Positions 1 through 10,268 of a stretch of 64,000 nucleotides of DNA are shown here, piece by piece; position 1 is the stretch's first letter, and each line of letters opens with the position of its first letter. The notes beneath the pieces were generated by a model, which saw only the letters and a program-made list of their open reading frames with translations, did no database searches and had not been told where the DNA came from. Source of the stretch: an uncultured Acidimicrobiaceae bacterium (lineage in GTDB: Bacteria > Actinomycetota > Acidimicrobiia > Acidimicrobiales > RAAP-2); contig CAVTHY010000003.1 in NCBI GenBank assembly GCA_963734655.1, positions 683,492 to 747,491 of the forward strand, given 5' to 3'. Both the position numbers and the translations under genes were made by a program.

Positions 1-1
1 C

Positions 2-692
2 CTGGCCCAAGCACTGTGCCGTGCGCCCGAGGTCCTCCTGCTCGACGAGCCCTTCTCGGCGCTCGACATGCCGATTCGCCGCGAGCTCCAACGAGAGCTT
101 CACTCGCTCCAACGCGAGACGGGACTCGCGACGGTCATTGTCACCCACGACCCCGAAGAGGCCGCCTTCTTAGCGCGCGAGATCATCGTCATCGATCAGG
201 GTCAGACCCTGCAGTCGGGCATCACCGAGGGACCTCCTCACGCGACCGGTCTCGCGCGACGTGGCGCGACTACTGGGGATCTCCAACCTGCACTGCGCGC
301 GCACGACCGATGCGGGTCTGGTAAGCGCCGACGGCACGCACATCGAATTCGACACCGGGGACTTCACGAGCGACACGGCGGTGCTCTGGACCATTCGCCC
401 CGAGCGAATCGACGTTCGTCCAGCACGCCAGACTCTGGACGTGGACGCGTCGCTCACCGTGGTTCGCGCCACCCTCACCGACCTCGCCGACGTCGGCACC
501 GCGGTGGATCTCTACGTCCGACTCGGCGACGACACCGAACTCCACGCGCGTCTCACGAACACCGTCGATCTCGCAGTCGGTGATCCCTGCACCGTCGCCA
601 TGCGTCGCGAGGACATCGAGGTGTGGCGCGACCTCGGCGGCCGCCCCGAAGTGGACGTCACGCTCGAAGGTCCGACCAATTGGTCGCGGTGA
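2..692 (+). CDS. ABC transporter ATP-binding subunit, molybdate/sulfate (ModC-like), 5'-truncated by window edge, +1 frameshift near 229-231
   Basis: Frame from base 2 reads LAQALCRAPEVLLLDEPFSALD (Walker B/D-loop) and VTHD (H-loop); continues in next frame (261..692) as VARLLG...IRPE and a TOBE-like C-terminus; next to a ModE-like gene. Confidence 0.75.
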
Positions 693-713
693 GCGCCGCG
701 ACGCGGACCTCGC

Positions 714-1115
714 TCAGAACTGCGAGGGAATCTCCACGCCGACGCTCGTCGCCTTGACCACGGCGTCGACCACCACGCCAGGGGCCAGCTTCAGTTCGTC
801 GGCCGCCTCGCGCGTGATCAACGAGACGAATCGGTGCGGCCCCGCCTGAATCTCCACCTGAGCGGCGACCTTGTCCTTCACGACCCTGGTCACGATACCC
901 ACGAAGCGGTTGCGCGCCGACTGGGCCCGCGGCTGAATCGGTGTGGCGTCACCCGCGATCTCGATGGCCAGTTTCGCCAGGTCCGCGCCGTCGTAGTAGC
1001 GACGCCCGTCCCCACCGATGCTGACCGCGACGCGGCCCGATTCCGCCCAGCGGCGCAGGGTGTCCGCGCTCACGCCCATGAGTTGCGCGGCCTGTCCGAC
1101 GCGATACTTCGCCAT
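714..1115 (-). CDS. MerR/excisionase-type HTH + TOBE molybdate-binding regulator (actinobacterial ModE-like)
   Basis: N-terminal AAQLMGVSADTLRRW HTH; SARNRFVG...VVKAT TOBE/Mop motif. Confidence 0.85.
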   Translation of the reverse strand: MAKYRVGQAAQLMGVSADTLRRWAESGRVAVSIGGDGRRYYDGADLAKLAIEIAGDATPIQPRAQSARNRFVGIVTRVVKDKVAAQVEIQAGPHRFVSLITREAADELKLAPGVVVDAVVKATSVGVEIPSQF

Positions 1116-1208
1116 GGCGCCAAGGTTAATGGGCCGCCACACCCCGTCGAGGCACGAGCCGGCCCCGGGGTGAACGTCACCGTCGACGCCGGAGAGTTGA
1201 ATGGTGCG

Positions 1209-1747
1209 ACGGGTAAGCAATTCGACGCGCTGGGTGAGGACTTGGCGGCGTGGATCGTCGCGCAGCCGGTCTTCTTCGTCGCGAGCGCCCCGCTCGACGC
1301 GCAGGGGTCGAGCGGGGCAATCGCGACGAGTTGATGATCATCGACGACCACACCGTTTCCTACCTGGACCAGACCGGCAGTGGCGTGGAGACGATCGCGC
1401 ACCCGCGCGAGAACGGGCGCGTCGTAGGGATGTTCTGTGCCTTCGCCGGTCCTCCCCGCATCGTGCGACTGCACGGGCGCGGACGCGCCGTTCTGCGCGA
1501 CGCGGCCGACGTCGAGGGTTTCGCGCGACACTTCCCGGGCGGGCTGGGCGTGGGCGTGCGCTCGGTGGTCGTCGCCGACGTGGCACGCATCTCGGACTCG
1601 TGTGGTTACGGCGTTCCCTTGATGGGTTTCGAATCGCATCGCCCGACGATGGACCAGTGGTCCCAGCGCAAGGGGCCCGACGGGATCCGCGAGTATTGGG
1701 CGCAGAAGAATCGCGTCAGCATCGACGACCTCGACGGCATCGAGTGA
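1209..1747 (+). pseudogene. Pyridoxamine 5'-phosphate oxidase-like FMN-binding protein, disrupted
   Basis: N-terminus (GKQFDAL...WIVAQPVFFVASAPL) begins at ACG instead of ATG and is in a different frame from the core (YLDQTGSGVETIAH..ENGR..MFCAF..PRIVRLHG, SCGYGVP); the usual HVNxSPKG segment is missing. Confidence 0.7.
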
Positions 1748-1762
1748 TCGAGGGTTCCGGGG

Positions 1763-2059
1763 TCAGCCGCCCGCCATGGCGCCCACGACGAAGAACGGTT
1801 CGGCTCCGCTGAGCACGGCGTCGGGCAGCGGGTCGTCCACCGAATCGTGCGACAGGTCCAACTCGCAGGCGAAGAACCGGACGAAGGGGCGACGCCGGTG
1901 GGTGATCGGATCGCGAATCGTGCCGTTCAACACGGGGTAGCGCGCCTCGAGCTCGTCGAGCACCGAGCGCAACGTCACGGGGCTCGCGACGTCGAGAGTC
2001 ACTTCGTGATGCTGATTGATGAGCGTCTTGAGGTGCGCGGGCAGCACGACTCGGATCAT
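1763..2059 (-). CDS. MoaD/ThiS ubiquitin-like protein
   Basis: 98 aa, C-terminal [13 protein letters not shown] motif; ATGA overlap with upstream gene. Confidence 0.85.
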   Translation of the reverse strand: MIRVVLPAHLKTLINQHHEVTLDVASPVTLRSVLDELEARYPVLNGTIRDPITHRRRPFVRFFACELDLSHDSVDDPLPDAVLSGAEPFFVVGAMAGG

Positions 2060-3171
2060 GCCAATGTTTGCACTTCCACCGACAGGACCGCCGGCAGATC
2101 GCGCACGATCGCCTCCCACGAGTCGCCCGAGTCGCTCGACCCGTAGACCTGACCGCCGGTCGTGCCGAAGTAGACGCCGCACTCGTCGAGTTGGTCCACG
2201 GCCATGGCATCGCGCAACACGTCGACGTAACAGTTGCTCTGGGGTAGTCCCTTGGTCAGCGGTTCCCATTCGTTGCCTCCGCTGCGACTGCGATAGACGC
2301 GCAACTTGCCCTCGGGCGGGAAGTGCACCGAGTCACTGGTGATGGGCAGCACGTAGACGGTCTCGGGTTCGTGGGCGTGCACGTCGATGACGAAGCCGAA
2401 GTCGCTCGGCAGATTGCCACTCACCTCGGTCCAGGACTCGCCCGCGTCGTTCGAGCGCATCACGTCCCAGTGCTTTTGCATGTAGAGCACGTCGGGATTC
2501 GAACCGTGCAGGGCGATACGGTGCACGCAGTGACCGACTTCCGCGTCCTCGTCGGGGATGCCCTGAGAACGCAGGCCACGATTGATCGGACGCCAGGTCA
2601 CACCCGCGTCGTCGCTGCGGAACGCGCCGGCGGCGGAAATCGCGACGAAGATCCGGTTGGGGTCCTTGGGGCTCACGATGATCGTGTGCAGGCACATGCC
2701 CCCGGCCCCGGGCTGCCAGTGCGGTCCCGAACCGTGTTCGCGCAGACCCGAGAGCTCCGACCAGTTCTCCCCGCCGTCGGTCGACTTGAAGAGCGCCGCG
2801 TCCTCGACGCCGGCCAGCACGGTGTCGGGGTCGCTCAAGGAGGGCTCGAGGTGCCACACGCGCGCGAACTCCCAGGGGTGCGGCGTGCCGTCGTACCACT
2901 GGTGCGTCCCGGGGACGCCGTCGTAGTGGAAACCGTTACCGACCGGCGCCCACGTGGTACCGCCGTCGTCGGAACGCTGGATGATCTGGCCGAACCAGCC
3001 GCTCGACTGCGAGGCGTAGATCCGATTGGGGTCCACCGGCGATCCCTTGAGGTGGTACATCTCCCAGCCCTCGAAGAACGGCCCCTTGACGTCCCACGAC
3101 TTTCGGGCGCCATCCGCACTGAGGACGAACGCTCCCTTGCGAGTTCCTACGAGTAGTCGCACCCCTGCCAT
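2056..3171 (-). CDS. BNR/Asp-box beta-propeller protein (WD40/YVTN/sialidase-like)
   Basis: Starts [15 protein letters not shown]; repeated SxDxGxTW Asp-boxes ([44 protein letters not shown]). Confidence 0.85.
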   Translation of the reverse strand: MAGVRLLVGTRKGAFVLSADGARKSWDVKGPFFEGWEMYHLKGSPVDPNRIYASQSSGWFGQIIQRSDDGGTTWAPVGNGFHYDGVPGTHQWYDGTPHPWEFARVWHLEPSLSDPDTVLAGVEDAALFKSTDGGENWSELSGLREHGSGPHWQPGAGGMCLHTIIVSPKDPNRIFVAISAAGAFRSDDAGVTWRPINRGLRSQGIPDEDAEVGHCVHRIALHGSNPDVLYMQKHWDVMRSNDAGESWTEVSGNLPSDFGFVIDVHAHEPETVYVLPITSDSVHFPPEGKLRVYRSRSGGNEWEPLTKGLPQSNCYVDVLRDAMAVDQLDECGVYFGTTGGQVYGSSDSGDSWEAIVRDLPAVLSVEVQTLA

Positions 3172-3254
3172 GATCGCCCCCGTTCCCCTAGCGCGTTGTA
3201 CGAAATCACAGTAGTCCGGGGTAGCCCCGATCGCGAGGGGAAATTCCGTGCGGC

Positions 3255-4292
3255 TCAGCCACCGATCATGGACATCGAGCGGTGCGGGCGCAGGAAGTCG
3301 GGCTCGTTGATCGCGTGGCCCGGGAACTTCGCCCACACCGCGCGGCGCAGAATGTTCTCGATCTCCTCGTCGGTTCCCCCCGCGCGCAGGACGTCGCGCA
3401 CGAGGTGCTCGTCGTCGGAGAAGAGACAGTTGCGGATCGACCCGTCGGCGGTGAGGCGCAAGCGGTTGCAGGTGCCACAGAACGGTTCGGACACGCTGGA
3501 GATGAGGCCGATCTCGCCGCGCCCGTCGGCGAAGCGGAATCGCTCGGCGGGCGCCACCCGATTCACGTCGGGCACCGGCTCGAGGGGCCAGGCGGCGTTG
3601 ATGCGCTCGACGACCTCGCGGCCCGGTACGAGCTGTTCGGGGCCCCACTCGCCCTGGGCGTCGAGGGGCATGAATTCGATGAAGCGCACGATGCGACCCG
3701 TCTCGCGCGCGAAGGCGGCGAAGTCGAGGACCTCGTCGTCGTTGCGCTGACGCATCAGTACGACGTTCACCTTCAACGGTGTCAGGCCGCACTCCTCAGC
3801 GACGTCCATGGCGTGTAGCACGGTCGCGAGGTCGCCGCGCCGGCGAATCATCGCGAATCGTTCGGCGCGCAACGAGTCGCAACTGATGTTCACCCGCGTG
3901 AGACCCGCATCGGCGAGCTGGGGGGCGAGGGCGGCGAGTTGGGTGCCGTTGGTCGTCAGTGCGATGTCGTCAAATCCGAGATTCTTCAGTCGCGCGACGA
4001 GGCCCACCACACCCTTGCGCACGAGCGGTTCCCCACCGGTGAGACGGATCGCGCTCACCCCCAGGGCGCGCGCCACCCGTGCCACTCTCTCTATCTCGTC
4101 GAAGGTCAGCAGCTCCGCGCGCGGCAGGAACGTCATGCCCTCCTCGGGCATGCAGTACACGCAGCGCAGATTGCACCGATCCGTCACCGAGATGCGCAGA
4201 TCGTCGTGGATGCGACCGTACCGGTCCACCAACGGTCCCCCCGGCACCGAATTACTCCCGGCTCGAGGTCCGTTCTCACCGGCGGACGCCAC
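3255..4292 (-). CDS. moaA: GTP 3',8-cyclase MoaA (radical SAM)
   Basis: [39 protein letters not shown]...CLF, C-terminal MSMIGG; start uncertain. Confidence 0.95.
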   Translation of the reverse strand: MASAGENGPRAGSNSVPGGPLVDRYGRIHDDLRISVTDRCNLRCVYCMPEEGMTFLPRAELLTFDEIERVARVARALGVSAIRLTGGEPLVRKGVVGLVARLKNLGFDDIALTTNGTQLAALAPQLADAGLTRVNISCDSLRAERFAMIRRRGDLATVLHAMDVAEECGLTPLKVNVVLMRQRNDDEVLDFAAFARETGRIVRFIEFMPLDAQGEWGPEQLVPGREVVERINAAWPLEPVPDVNRVAPAERFRFADGRGEIGLISSVSEPFCGTCNRLRLTADGSIRNCLFSDDEHLVRDVLRAGGTDEEIENILRRAVWAKFPGHAINEPDFLRPHRSMSMIGG

Positions 4293-4623
4293 GTCGGGTC
4301 GATGCAGGTCGCACCGACACCGCGACTGGGGTCGCTGCTTCCACGCGCGCTGGGCGGTCCACCCTCGCGGCTCCTATCGGCGACGACCAGCGATGGATGC
4401 GGCGAGCCCCGCGCCCGCGCCAAGAATCGTTGCACGCTGTGTCATGGTCAGGAGCCTAACGAACGCCCCCCGGCGACGCGACCACTCTCGCGCCGTTGCC
4501 CGCGCAGCGTGGCCTGAGCGTTAGCCCGCGCCCTGACGTCGCAGTGGTCGTCTCTGCGTCCAGCGTTAACATGGCGCATCCGGTGGATGAAGTCGGCGGA
4601 ACAGGGAATCTGGGGCGTTTCTC

Positions 4624-5110
4624 ATGACGGGACAGGAATTCTCGCACCTTGACGGTGACGGGCAATTGCAGATGGTCGACATCTCCACCAAGGAGCCGAC
4701 GCAGCGCGTCGCCCACGCGAGTTGCCTCGTCGTCGCCCACGCCGATTCGCCCTCGGGCGCGACGCGAGACCTGGGCAGTCGACGTCATCTTGTCGGCGCG
4801 ACTCGCCGGCATCCAGGCGGCCAAGCGCACGGCCGATCTCATCCCCCTGTGTCACCCGCTCGCGCTGACCAGTGTCGGCATCGAAGTCGTCGCGCACCCT
4901 CGGGGCTACACGGTGTCATCGGTGGTCGCCACCCGAGCGCGCACCGGCGTCGAAATGGAGGCGCTGAGCGCGTGTTCGTTCGCCGCGCTCACCCTCGTCG
5001 CTTTCCTCGTGGCCGTGGACCCCGACGTCCGCGTCGAGGACTTGGCCCTGCTCCGCAAGAGCGGCGGCAAGTCGGGTGACTGGGGTCGCGACGTCGTCGA
5101 CGCCGGTTAG
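4624..5110 (+). pseudogene. moaC: MoaC-like cyclic pyranopterin synthase, +1 frameshift near 4755-4775, degenerate active site
   Basis: FSHLD...MVDIS.K in frame 4624; AGIQAAKRT..LIPLCHPL, TGVEMEAL, KSGGKSG in frame 4649. Confidence 0.75.
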
Positions 5111-5458
5111 AACCCGCGTGGACTCTCCTCTCGAGGAGCCCGCCCCGCCAAAGGTTTCTGTAACGCCTCCCCCTCGCGCGAGGACTGTAGCAACGAACGA
5201 CGGCAGTGCACTCGGACGCCAACTGGGAACGCTGCCACCCTCGACCAAGGGGGACCGACGTGAGAACGATGAGTACAGCACTCGAGTGGTCGCGTACCGC
5301 GCAGCGACCCGCGACGCCAGAGTCGCTGCCCTTCTCGCGGGCGACCGGTACGCTGACCACGACCGTCACGACCATCGGTGAAGGAGGAGCATGATTCGCA
5401 CTCGAACAGTCGCCGCGAGAGCCTCTCTCCTCCGCAGGACCGTCCGGCGGAGCCCGCG

Positions 5459-6182
5459 ATGAGTTCACCCACTCCCGTGAACCCCGAACCGCGAGAGCAG
5501 CGGGCCGTGGGTCGGCGGGCCTTCGTTGGCTTCGTCGCCCTGGGGGCCCTGGGCGTCGCTATCGGTGGTCAAGTCCAGAGCCTTCTCGGCAACGCCGTCG
5601 GCTCGGGACTGGGGGGGCTCCTCCCCTTCGGCGACCGGTTCCGGATCTATTCCATCATCGGCACCTACCCCTCGATCAGTCGCCGCAAGTACCGACTCGA
5701 GGTGACGGGCCTGGTGGAGCGCCCCACGGTGTTCACCATCGATGACCTCGAGGCGATGCCCGCGACGACGTTCAAGAAGACCTTCCAGTGCGTGACCGGA
5801 TGGAAGGTGCCCGACGTCGAGTGGCGCGGCGTGCAACTCTCGCACATCTTGCAACACGTCGGGCGTCCACCCGAGCGCGGTCGCGCTCACCTTCGAGTCC
5901 TACGACGGCGCCGACACCGAGAGCCTCACCATCGAACAGGCGCACCTGCCCGACGTCATCGTCGCCTACCAGATGTTGGGCGCGCGGGTCACGACCGAAC
6001 ACGGTGGACCCGTGCGGCTCTACGTCGCCCAGATGTACGGATACAAATCACTGAAGTGGTTGTCGGCGATCCGTGTCGTCGATCAGGTCCAGCCGGGCTA
6101 CTGGGAGCAGAACGGGTACCCGGTGAATGGTTGGCTCGACGGGTCGACGGGTCCGAACAATCCCAATCCGGGTCTGACCTGA
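5459..6182 (+). CDS. Molybdopterin-dependent oxidoreductase, sulfite oxidase/MsrP-like family, +1 frameshift at 5861-5863
   Basis: Tat-like GRRAF, LEVTGLV, FQCVTGW (Mo-ligand Cys), WRGV; after shift HGGPVRL, YGYKSLKWL, GYWEQNGY. Confidence 0.8.
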
Positions 6183-6838
6183 TGGCGATCGACGACCAAT
6201 CCCCCGCAGCGCTCGCCACGCTCAAGATCCTGCGATTCGACCGCGTCCAGCGCGGGGCCCACTGGGTCAATGCCGTGCTCTTCGCGGTGTTGATCGCGAC
6301 CGCCATCCCCCTCTACTTCGGTTCGTTCTTCGGTGTAGTGCTCGAGCGCCACACCGTCCAACAGGTCCACTTGTGGACGGGGATCGCGCTGCCCGTCCCC
6401 CTGCTGGTGTCGCTGCTCGGCCCCTGGGGTCGACAGATGCGCCGCGATATCCATCGCTTCAACTACTGGTCGCGCGACGAAGTCGCCTGGCTGCGCTCAC
6501 TGGGCAAGACCAGACTCTCCGCCGATAAGTTCAACCCGGGCCAGAAGCTCAACGCCGTCTTCATCGGCGCCTCCATACTCGTCATGTTGGTCACCGGCGC
6601 GATCCTGCAGTGGTTTCGCTTCTTCTCGATCTCCCAGCGTGAAGGCGCCACGTTCGTCCACGACAGTTTCGCCTTCCTCGTCGTGGTGGTGATCGTGGGT
6701 CACGTCTACATGGCCCTCACCCATCGCGGTTCGCTTCGCTCGATGATCGACGGGACCGTCACCGGACGCTGGGCCACCCAACACGCTCCCGCCTGGCTGC
6801 ACGAATTGCTCGACGAAGACGAGATCAGAGAGTCCTAG
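6182..6838 (+). CDS. Cytochrome b/b6 membrane subunit (FdnI-like)
   Basis: RFDRVQRGAHW, KFNPGQK, four hydrophobic helices with His ligands; TGATG coupling to the Mo enzyme. Confidence 0.8.
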   Translation: MAIDDQSPAALATLKILRFDRVQRGAHWVNAVLFAVLIATAIPLYFGSFFGVVLERHTVQQVHLWTGIALPVPLLVSLLGPWGRQMRRDIHRFNYWSRDEVAWLRSLGKTRLSADKFNPGQKLNAVFIGASILVMLVTGAILQWFRFFSISQREGATFVHDSFAFLVVVVIVGHVYMALTHRGSLRSMIDGTVTGRWATQHAPAWLHELLDEDEIRES

Positions 6839-6957
6839 GCGCAAAGAATGCCGCGCCCCGTTCGCGGCGGCGAGGACATGCGCAGTGGACATCACGAGTG
6901 ATGCCCGCGAGGTTCTCCGGTACTCTGGCCTTCGATTCCCGGCGACGGAGGGCACCC

Positions 6958-8004
6958 ATGAAAGTCTCGACGATGCTGAGTTACTCCGGTGGCTTTCGCC
7001 AGGCCGCTCGCGACGTCGCCGAGATGGAGAGGGCCGGCCTCGATCTGGTGTGGGTGGCCGAAGCGTACGGATTCGACAGTCCCTCTCTCATGGGCTACCT
7101 CGCCGCTCTCACCGAGACCGTGGAGATCGGCGCCGCGATATTGCCCATCTACACCCGCACGCCCACTCTGATCGCCATGACCGGCGCGGGGCTCGACGCG
7201 CTCTGCGGCGGCCGATTCCACCTGGGCCTTGGTGCGTCGGGACCACAGGTGATCGAGGGTTTCCACGGGGTCGCCTACGCGGACCCGATCGGACGCACCC
7301 GCGAGATCGTGGAGATATGTCGCGACGTGTGGCGAAGAGAGGCGCCGCTGGTGCATCAGGGCAAGAACTTCACCGTGCCTCTCTCCTCCGACGAGGGCAC
7401 CGGGCTCGCCAAGGCCCTGAAGATCATCGCGCACCCGCTACGCAGCGAGATTCCGATCTGGATCGCCGCGCTGGGTGAGAGGAACGTGCAAATGACCGCC
7501 GAGATCGCCCAGGGCTGGATACCCATGCTCTTCATCCCCGAACGCGCGAACGATGTCTGGGGCGGCGCCCTCGGCGCGGGCCGAGCGAAGCGCTCGCCCG
7601 CGCTCGGCGACCTGATGATCACGGCCGGGGGGCTCCTGGCCATTGGCGAGGGTGAGGAGGTCGTCGCGTTGCGTGAACTCCAGCGCTCCTTCGTTGCCTT
7701 GTACGTGGGCGGCATGGGAGCCAGGGGTAAGAACTTCTACAACGAGTTGGCGATCCGTTACGGTTACGAACGCGAAGCGGCGATCATCCAGGACCTGTAC
7801 TTGGCCGGCAACAAGCGCGAGGCCGAAGCGGCGGTGCCCGCTGAGTTCCTCGAACTCACCACGCTCTGTGGACCTCGCAGTTACGTGGCCGAGCGGATCG
7901 CGGCGTTCCAAGAAGCCGGCGTCACGCACCTGCAGGTGATGCCGCTCCCCCAGAGAGGACAGACTCCGGCGACGCTGATCGAAATGGTCAAGTCAATGAC
8001 GTGA
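6958..8004 (+). CDS. LLM-class F420-dependent oxidoreductase
   Basis: WVAEAYGFDS, GRFHLGLGASGPQVIEGFHG, ALYVGGMGARGKNFYN; GGAGG RBS. Confidence 0.85.
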   Translation: MKVSTMLSYSGGFRQAARDVAEMERAGLDLVWVAEAYGFDSPSLMGYLAALTETVEIGAAILPIYTRTPTLIAMTGAGLDALCGGRFHLGLGASGPQVIEGFHGVAYADPIGRTREIVEICRDVWRREAPLVHQGKNFTVPLSSDEGTGLAKALKIIAHPLRSEIPIWIAALGERNVQMTAEIAQGWIPMLFIPERANDVWGGALGAGRAKRSPALGDLMITAGGLLAIGEGEEVVALRELQRSFVALYVGGMGARGKNFYNELAIRYGYEREAAIIQDLYLAGNKREAEAAVPAEFLELTTLCGPRSYVAERIAAFQEAGVTHLQVMPLPQRGQTPATLIEMVKSMT

Positions 8005-8076
8005 ACCAACGTCACGCCATTGACTCTCGTCTCACGTCGCCACCAGGCGACGTTCACCGGCGAGGGTGCCGCGACG

Positions 8077-8460
8077 TCAGCGGGTGTTCTCGTGTAGCAC
8101 GCTCAGGCGACGACGAAACTCATCCTCGTCGATCTCGCCGCTGGCGAAACGCAACTCGAGTATCTCCACGGGGCCCTGTTGGGGCCTCGGTGGCAGGTGG
8201 CCCGGACCTTCGCGGTGTTCCATCTGGTGCGGCGCGTGGTCGGGGCCGTCGTGGTGGTGCTCTGGGTCGCCAGATCCGCGCTGACGCGGGTGCTGGCAAC
8301 CGCAGTGACCGTCGTGCTTAGCGGGACCATCGTGCAGGTGACGGTGCCGACGGTGCCGCACGCACGCTCCGATACCCATCACGGTCGCCAACAGCAGGGC
8401 CTTGGGCACCAACATGTACATCAGGTGGTCGTTGTGCCCTTCGCATTTCTCATTCTCCAT
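8077..8460 (-). CDS. Small membrane protein with His-rich linker and SHOCT domain
   Basis: AGGAGG RBS; one TM helix; C-terminal EILELRFASGEIDEDEFRRRLSVL. Confidence 0.7.
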   Translation of the reverse strand: MENEKCEGHNDHLMYMLVPKALLLATVMGIGACVRHRRHRHLHDGPAKHDGHCGCQHPRQRGSGDPEHHHDGPDHAPHQMEHREGPGHLPPRPQQGPVEILELRFASGEIDEDEFRRRLSVLHENTR

Positions 8461-8603
8461 AGCAATCCTCCTCGACGCCGCTTCTCTGTTCATATTCTCG
8501 GGGTTCAGTATTCTCTCCATCAGGGGACAAGGTCACCACTTCATGTGGGGTCGCTAGTCCGAGCGATCCCACGCCCGTACGGCGGGTCCACACGGACCCC
8601 GGT

Positions 8604-9599
8604 CTAGCGATTCACCGTTGACATGTCGGCGTAGCGCTCACCCGCGCTCGACCCCGCCGGCACGGCCGCGTCAAGAACCCGCAGGTCGTCCTCACTGAGC
8701 TCGACGCTGGCCGCGGCGATGTTCTCGTCGAGGTAGCGGCGCTGCTTGGTGCCCGGGATGGGTACGACGTCCTCGCCCTGGGCCATCACCCACGCCAGCG
8801 CCAATTGACTGGCCGTGACACCCTTGGCGACCGCGATCTCGCGGACGCGGTCGACGAGCTCAAGGTTCCTTTGGAAGTTCTCCCCCTGGAATCGCGGTGA
8901 GTGACGGCGAAAGTCGTCCGCGTCGAGGTCGTCGATACTGCGGATCGTCCCGGACAGGAAGCCCCGGCCTAGTGGTGAATAGGCCACGAAGCCAATACCG
9001 AGCTCGCGCACCATGGCGAGGACGCCGTTGTCCTCGACGTCGCGCGACCACAGCGACCACTCGGTCTGAACGGCCGTCACCGGGTGGACCTGGTGCGCGC
9101 GGCGAATCGTCGCCGGTGCCGCCTCACTGATGCCGAGGTGGCGCACTTTGCCCGCCGCCACGAGTTCGGCCAGCGCACCCCACGTCTCCTCCACGGGGAC
9201 ACTCGGGTCCACGCGGTGCTGGTAGTAGAGGTCGATGTGATCGACCCCCAAACGCGCGAGACTCGCGTCACAGGCCTGGCGCACGTACTCCGGATGGCCG
9301 TTGATACCGAGTCGAGAACCGTCCTCGCCGCGCTGGTTACCGAACTTGGTCGCGAGCACGACCTCGTCGCGTCGCTGAGCGATGGCGCGACCGACCAGTT
9401 TCTCGTTGGTGAAGGGGCCGTACATGTCGGCGGTGTCCAAGAAATTGACCCCCGCGTCGAGGGCGGCGTGGATGACCGCGAGGGACTCCTCCTCGTCGCC
9501 TCGACCGTAGAACTCCGACATTCCCATGCAACCCAGTCCCTCGGCGGAGACCTCCAACGCGGCCGAACCGGTTCCGAGCGTGCGGCGAGAAACTACCAT
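8604..9599 (-). CDS. Aldo/keto reductase
   Basis: [43 protein letters not shown]. Confidence 0.92.
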   Translation of the reverse strand: MVVSRRTLGTGSAALEVSAEGLGCMGMSEFYGRGDEEESLAVIHAALDAGVNFLDTADMYGPFTNEKLVGRAIAQRRDEVVLATKFGNQRGEDGSRLGINGHPEYVRQACDASLARLGVDHIDLYYQHRVDPSVPVEETWGALAELVAAGKVRHLGISEAAPATIRRAHQVHPVTAVQTEWSLWSRDVEDNGVLAMVRELGIGFVAYSPLGRGFLSGTIRSIDDLDADDFRRHSPRFQGENFQRNLELVDRVREIAVAKGVTASQLALAWVMAQGEDVVPIPGTKQRRYLDENIAAASVELSEDDLRVLDAAVPAGSSAGERYADMSTVNR

Positions 9600-9897
9600 G
9601 ACAAACCTCCTGCGTCGATACGTAGCCCTCACCTTAAGGTGCGCCGGTCATGAGTGACGACACTCGCGCCGCGTCGTCGCGTCGACCCGAAACGTTCACC
9701 CCGACGTCACCGACTCTCGCGATGATCGAGTCCTGGCGAGTATTTGGCGACGTGACACCCCCGTCGCTACGCGCTCGCCAATCACTGGGTGGGGGACGCC
9801 GAGTCGCCCGGGCCGCCTGTCGAGTGCCCCGCGAGGGCGAGCTTCGCGGTGAGGAAAGGGACCGTAACTCTCATCGAAACTTCTCCTCGACGACTGC

Positions 9898-10257
9898 TCA
9901 CTGGAGCGAGGGAACCTCGCACATCCGACTTCGCGTGACGAAATGTCGACCAGGGCCGGCGCCCAACGAGAAGCCCTCGGGGTCGCCCGCGGCGACGTCG
10001 AGAGTGAGCCGGGTCGCCTTCCATACGGCGTACTGGCGATGGTCGATGTAGAAGGGGCACTCGCCCACCACGCCCATCAGTACGTCGTGCTCGCCGATCT
10101 TGAACTCGCCCTCGCGAAAACACATGGGCAGACTGCCGTCACAGCACCCCCCCGACTGAAAGAACATGACGGGCCCGCCATCGCTCACCACGTGAGCGAT
10201 GGCTTCGAGTGCCGCGGGCGTCACGTCGACGCCCGGTGTTTCGAGGGGGCTCGTCAC
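9898..10257 (-). CDS. DUF779 family protein
   Basis: MFFQSGGCCDGSLPMC and GFSL motifs; directly downstream of AldB-type ALDH. Confidence 0.85.
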   Translation of the reverse strand: MTSPLETPGVDVTPAALEAIAHVVSDGGPVMFFQSGGCCDGSLPMCFREGEFKIGEHDVLMGVVGECPFYIDHRQYAVWKATRLTLDVAAGDPEGFSLGAGPGRHFVTRSRMCEVPSLQ

Positions 10258-10268
10258 GCTGCGCCGGC

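Noticed and set aside
3172-3792. N-terminal extension of the beta-propeller ORF (578 aa)
   Set aside because: Overlaps moaA in another frame; family-typical start is ATG 3171
4293-5260. Moco riboswitch near moaA/moaC
   Set aside because: No recognisable conserved motif by eye; an Infernal RF01055 search is needed
5378-6838. 486-aa Mo enzyme-cytochrome b fusion
   Set aside because: Middle part is out-of-frame Arg-rich sequence; product of the 5861-5863 frameshift
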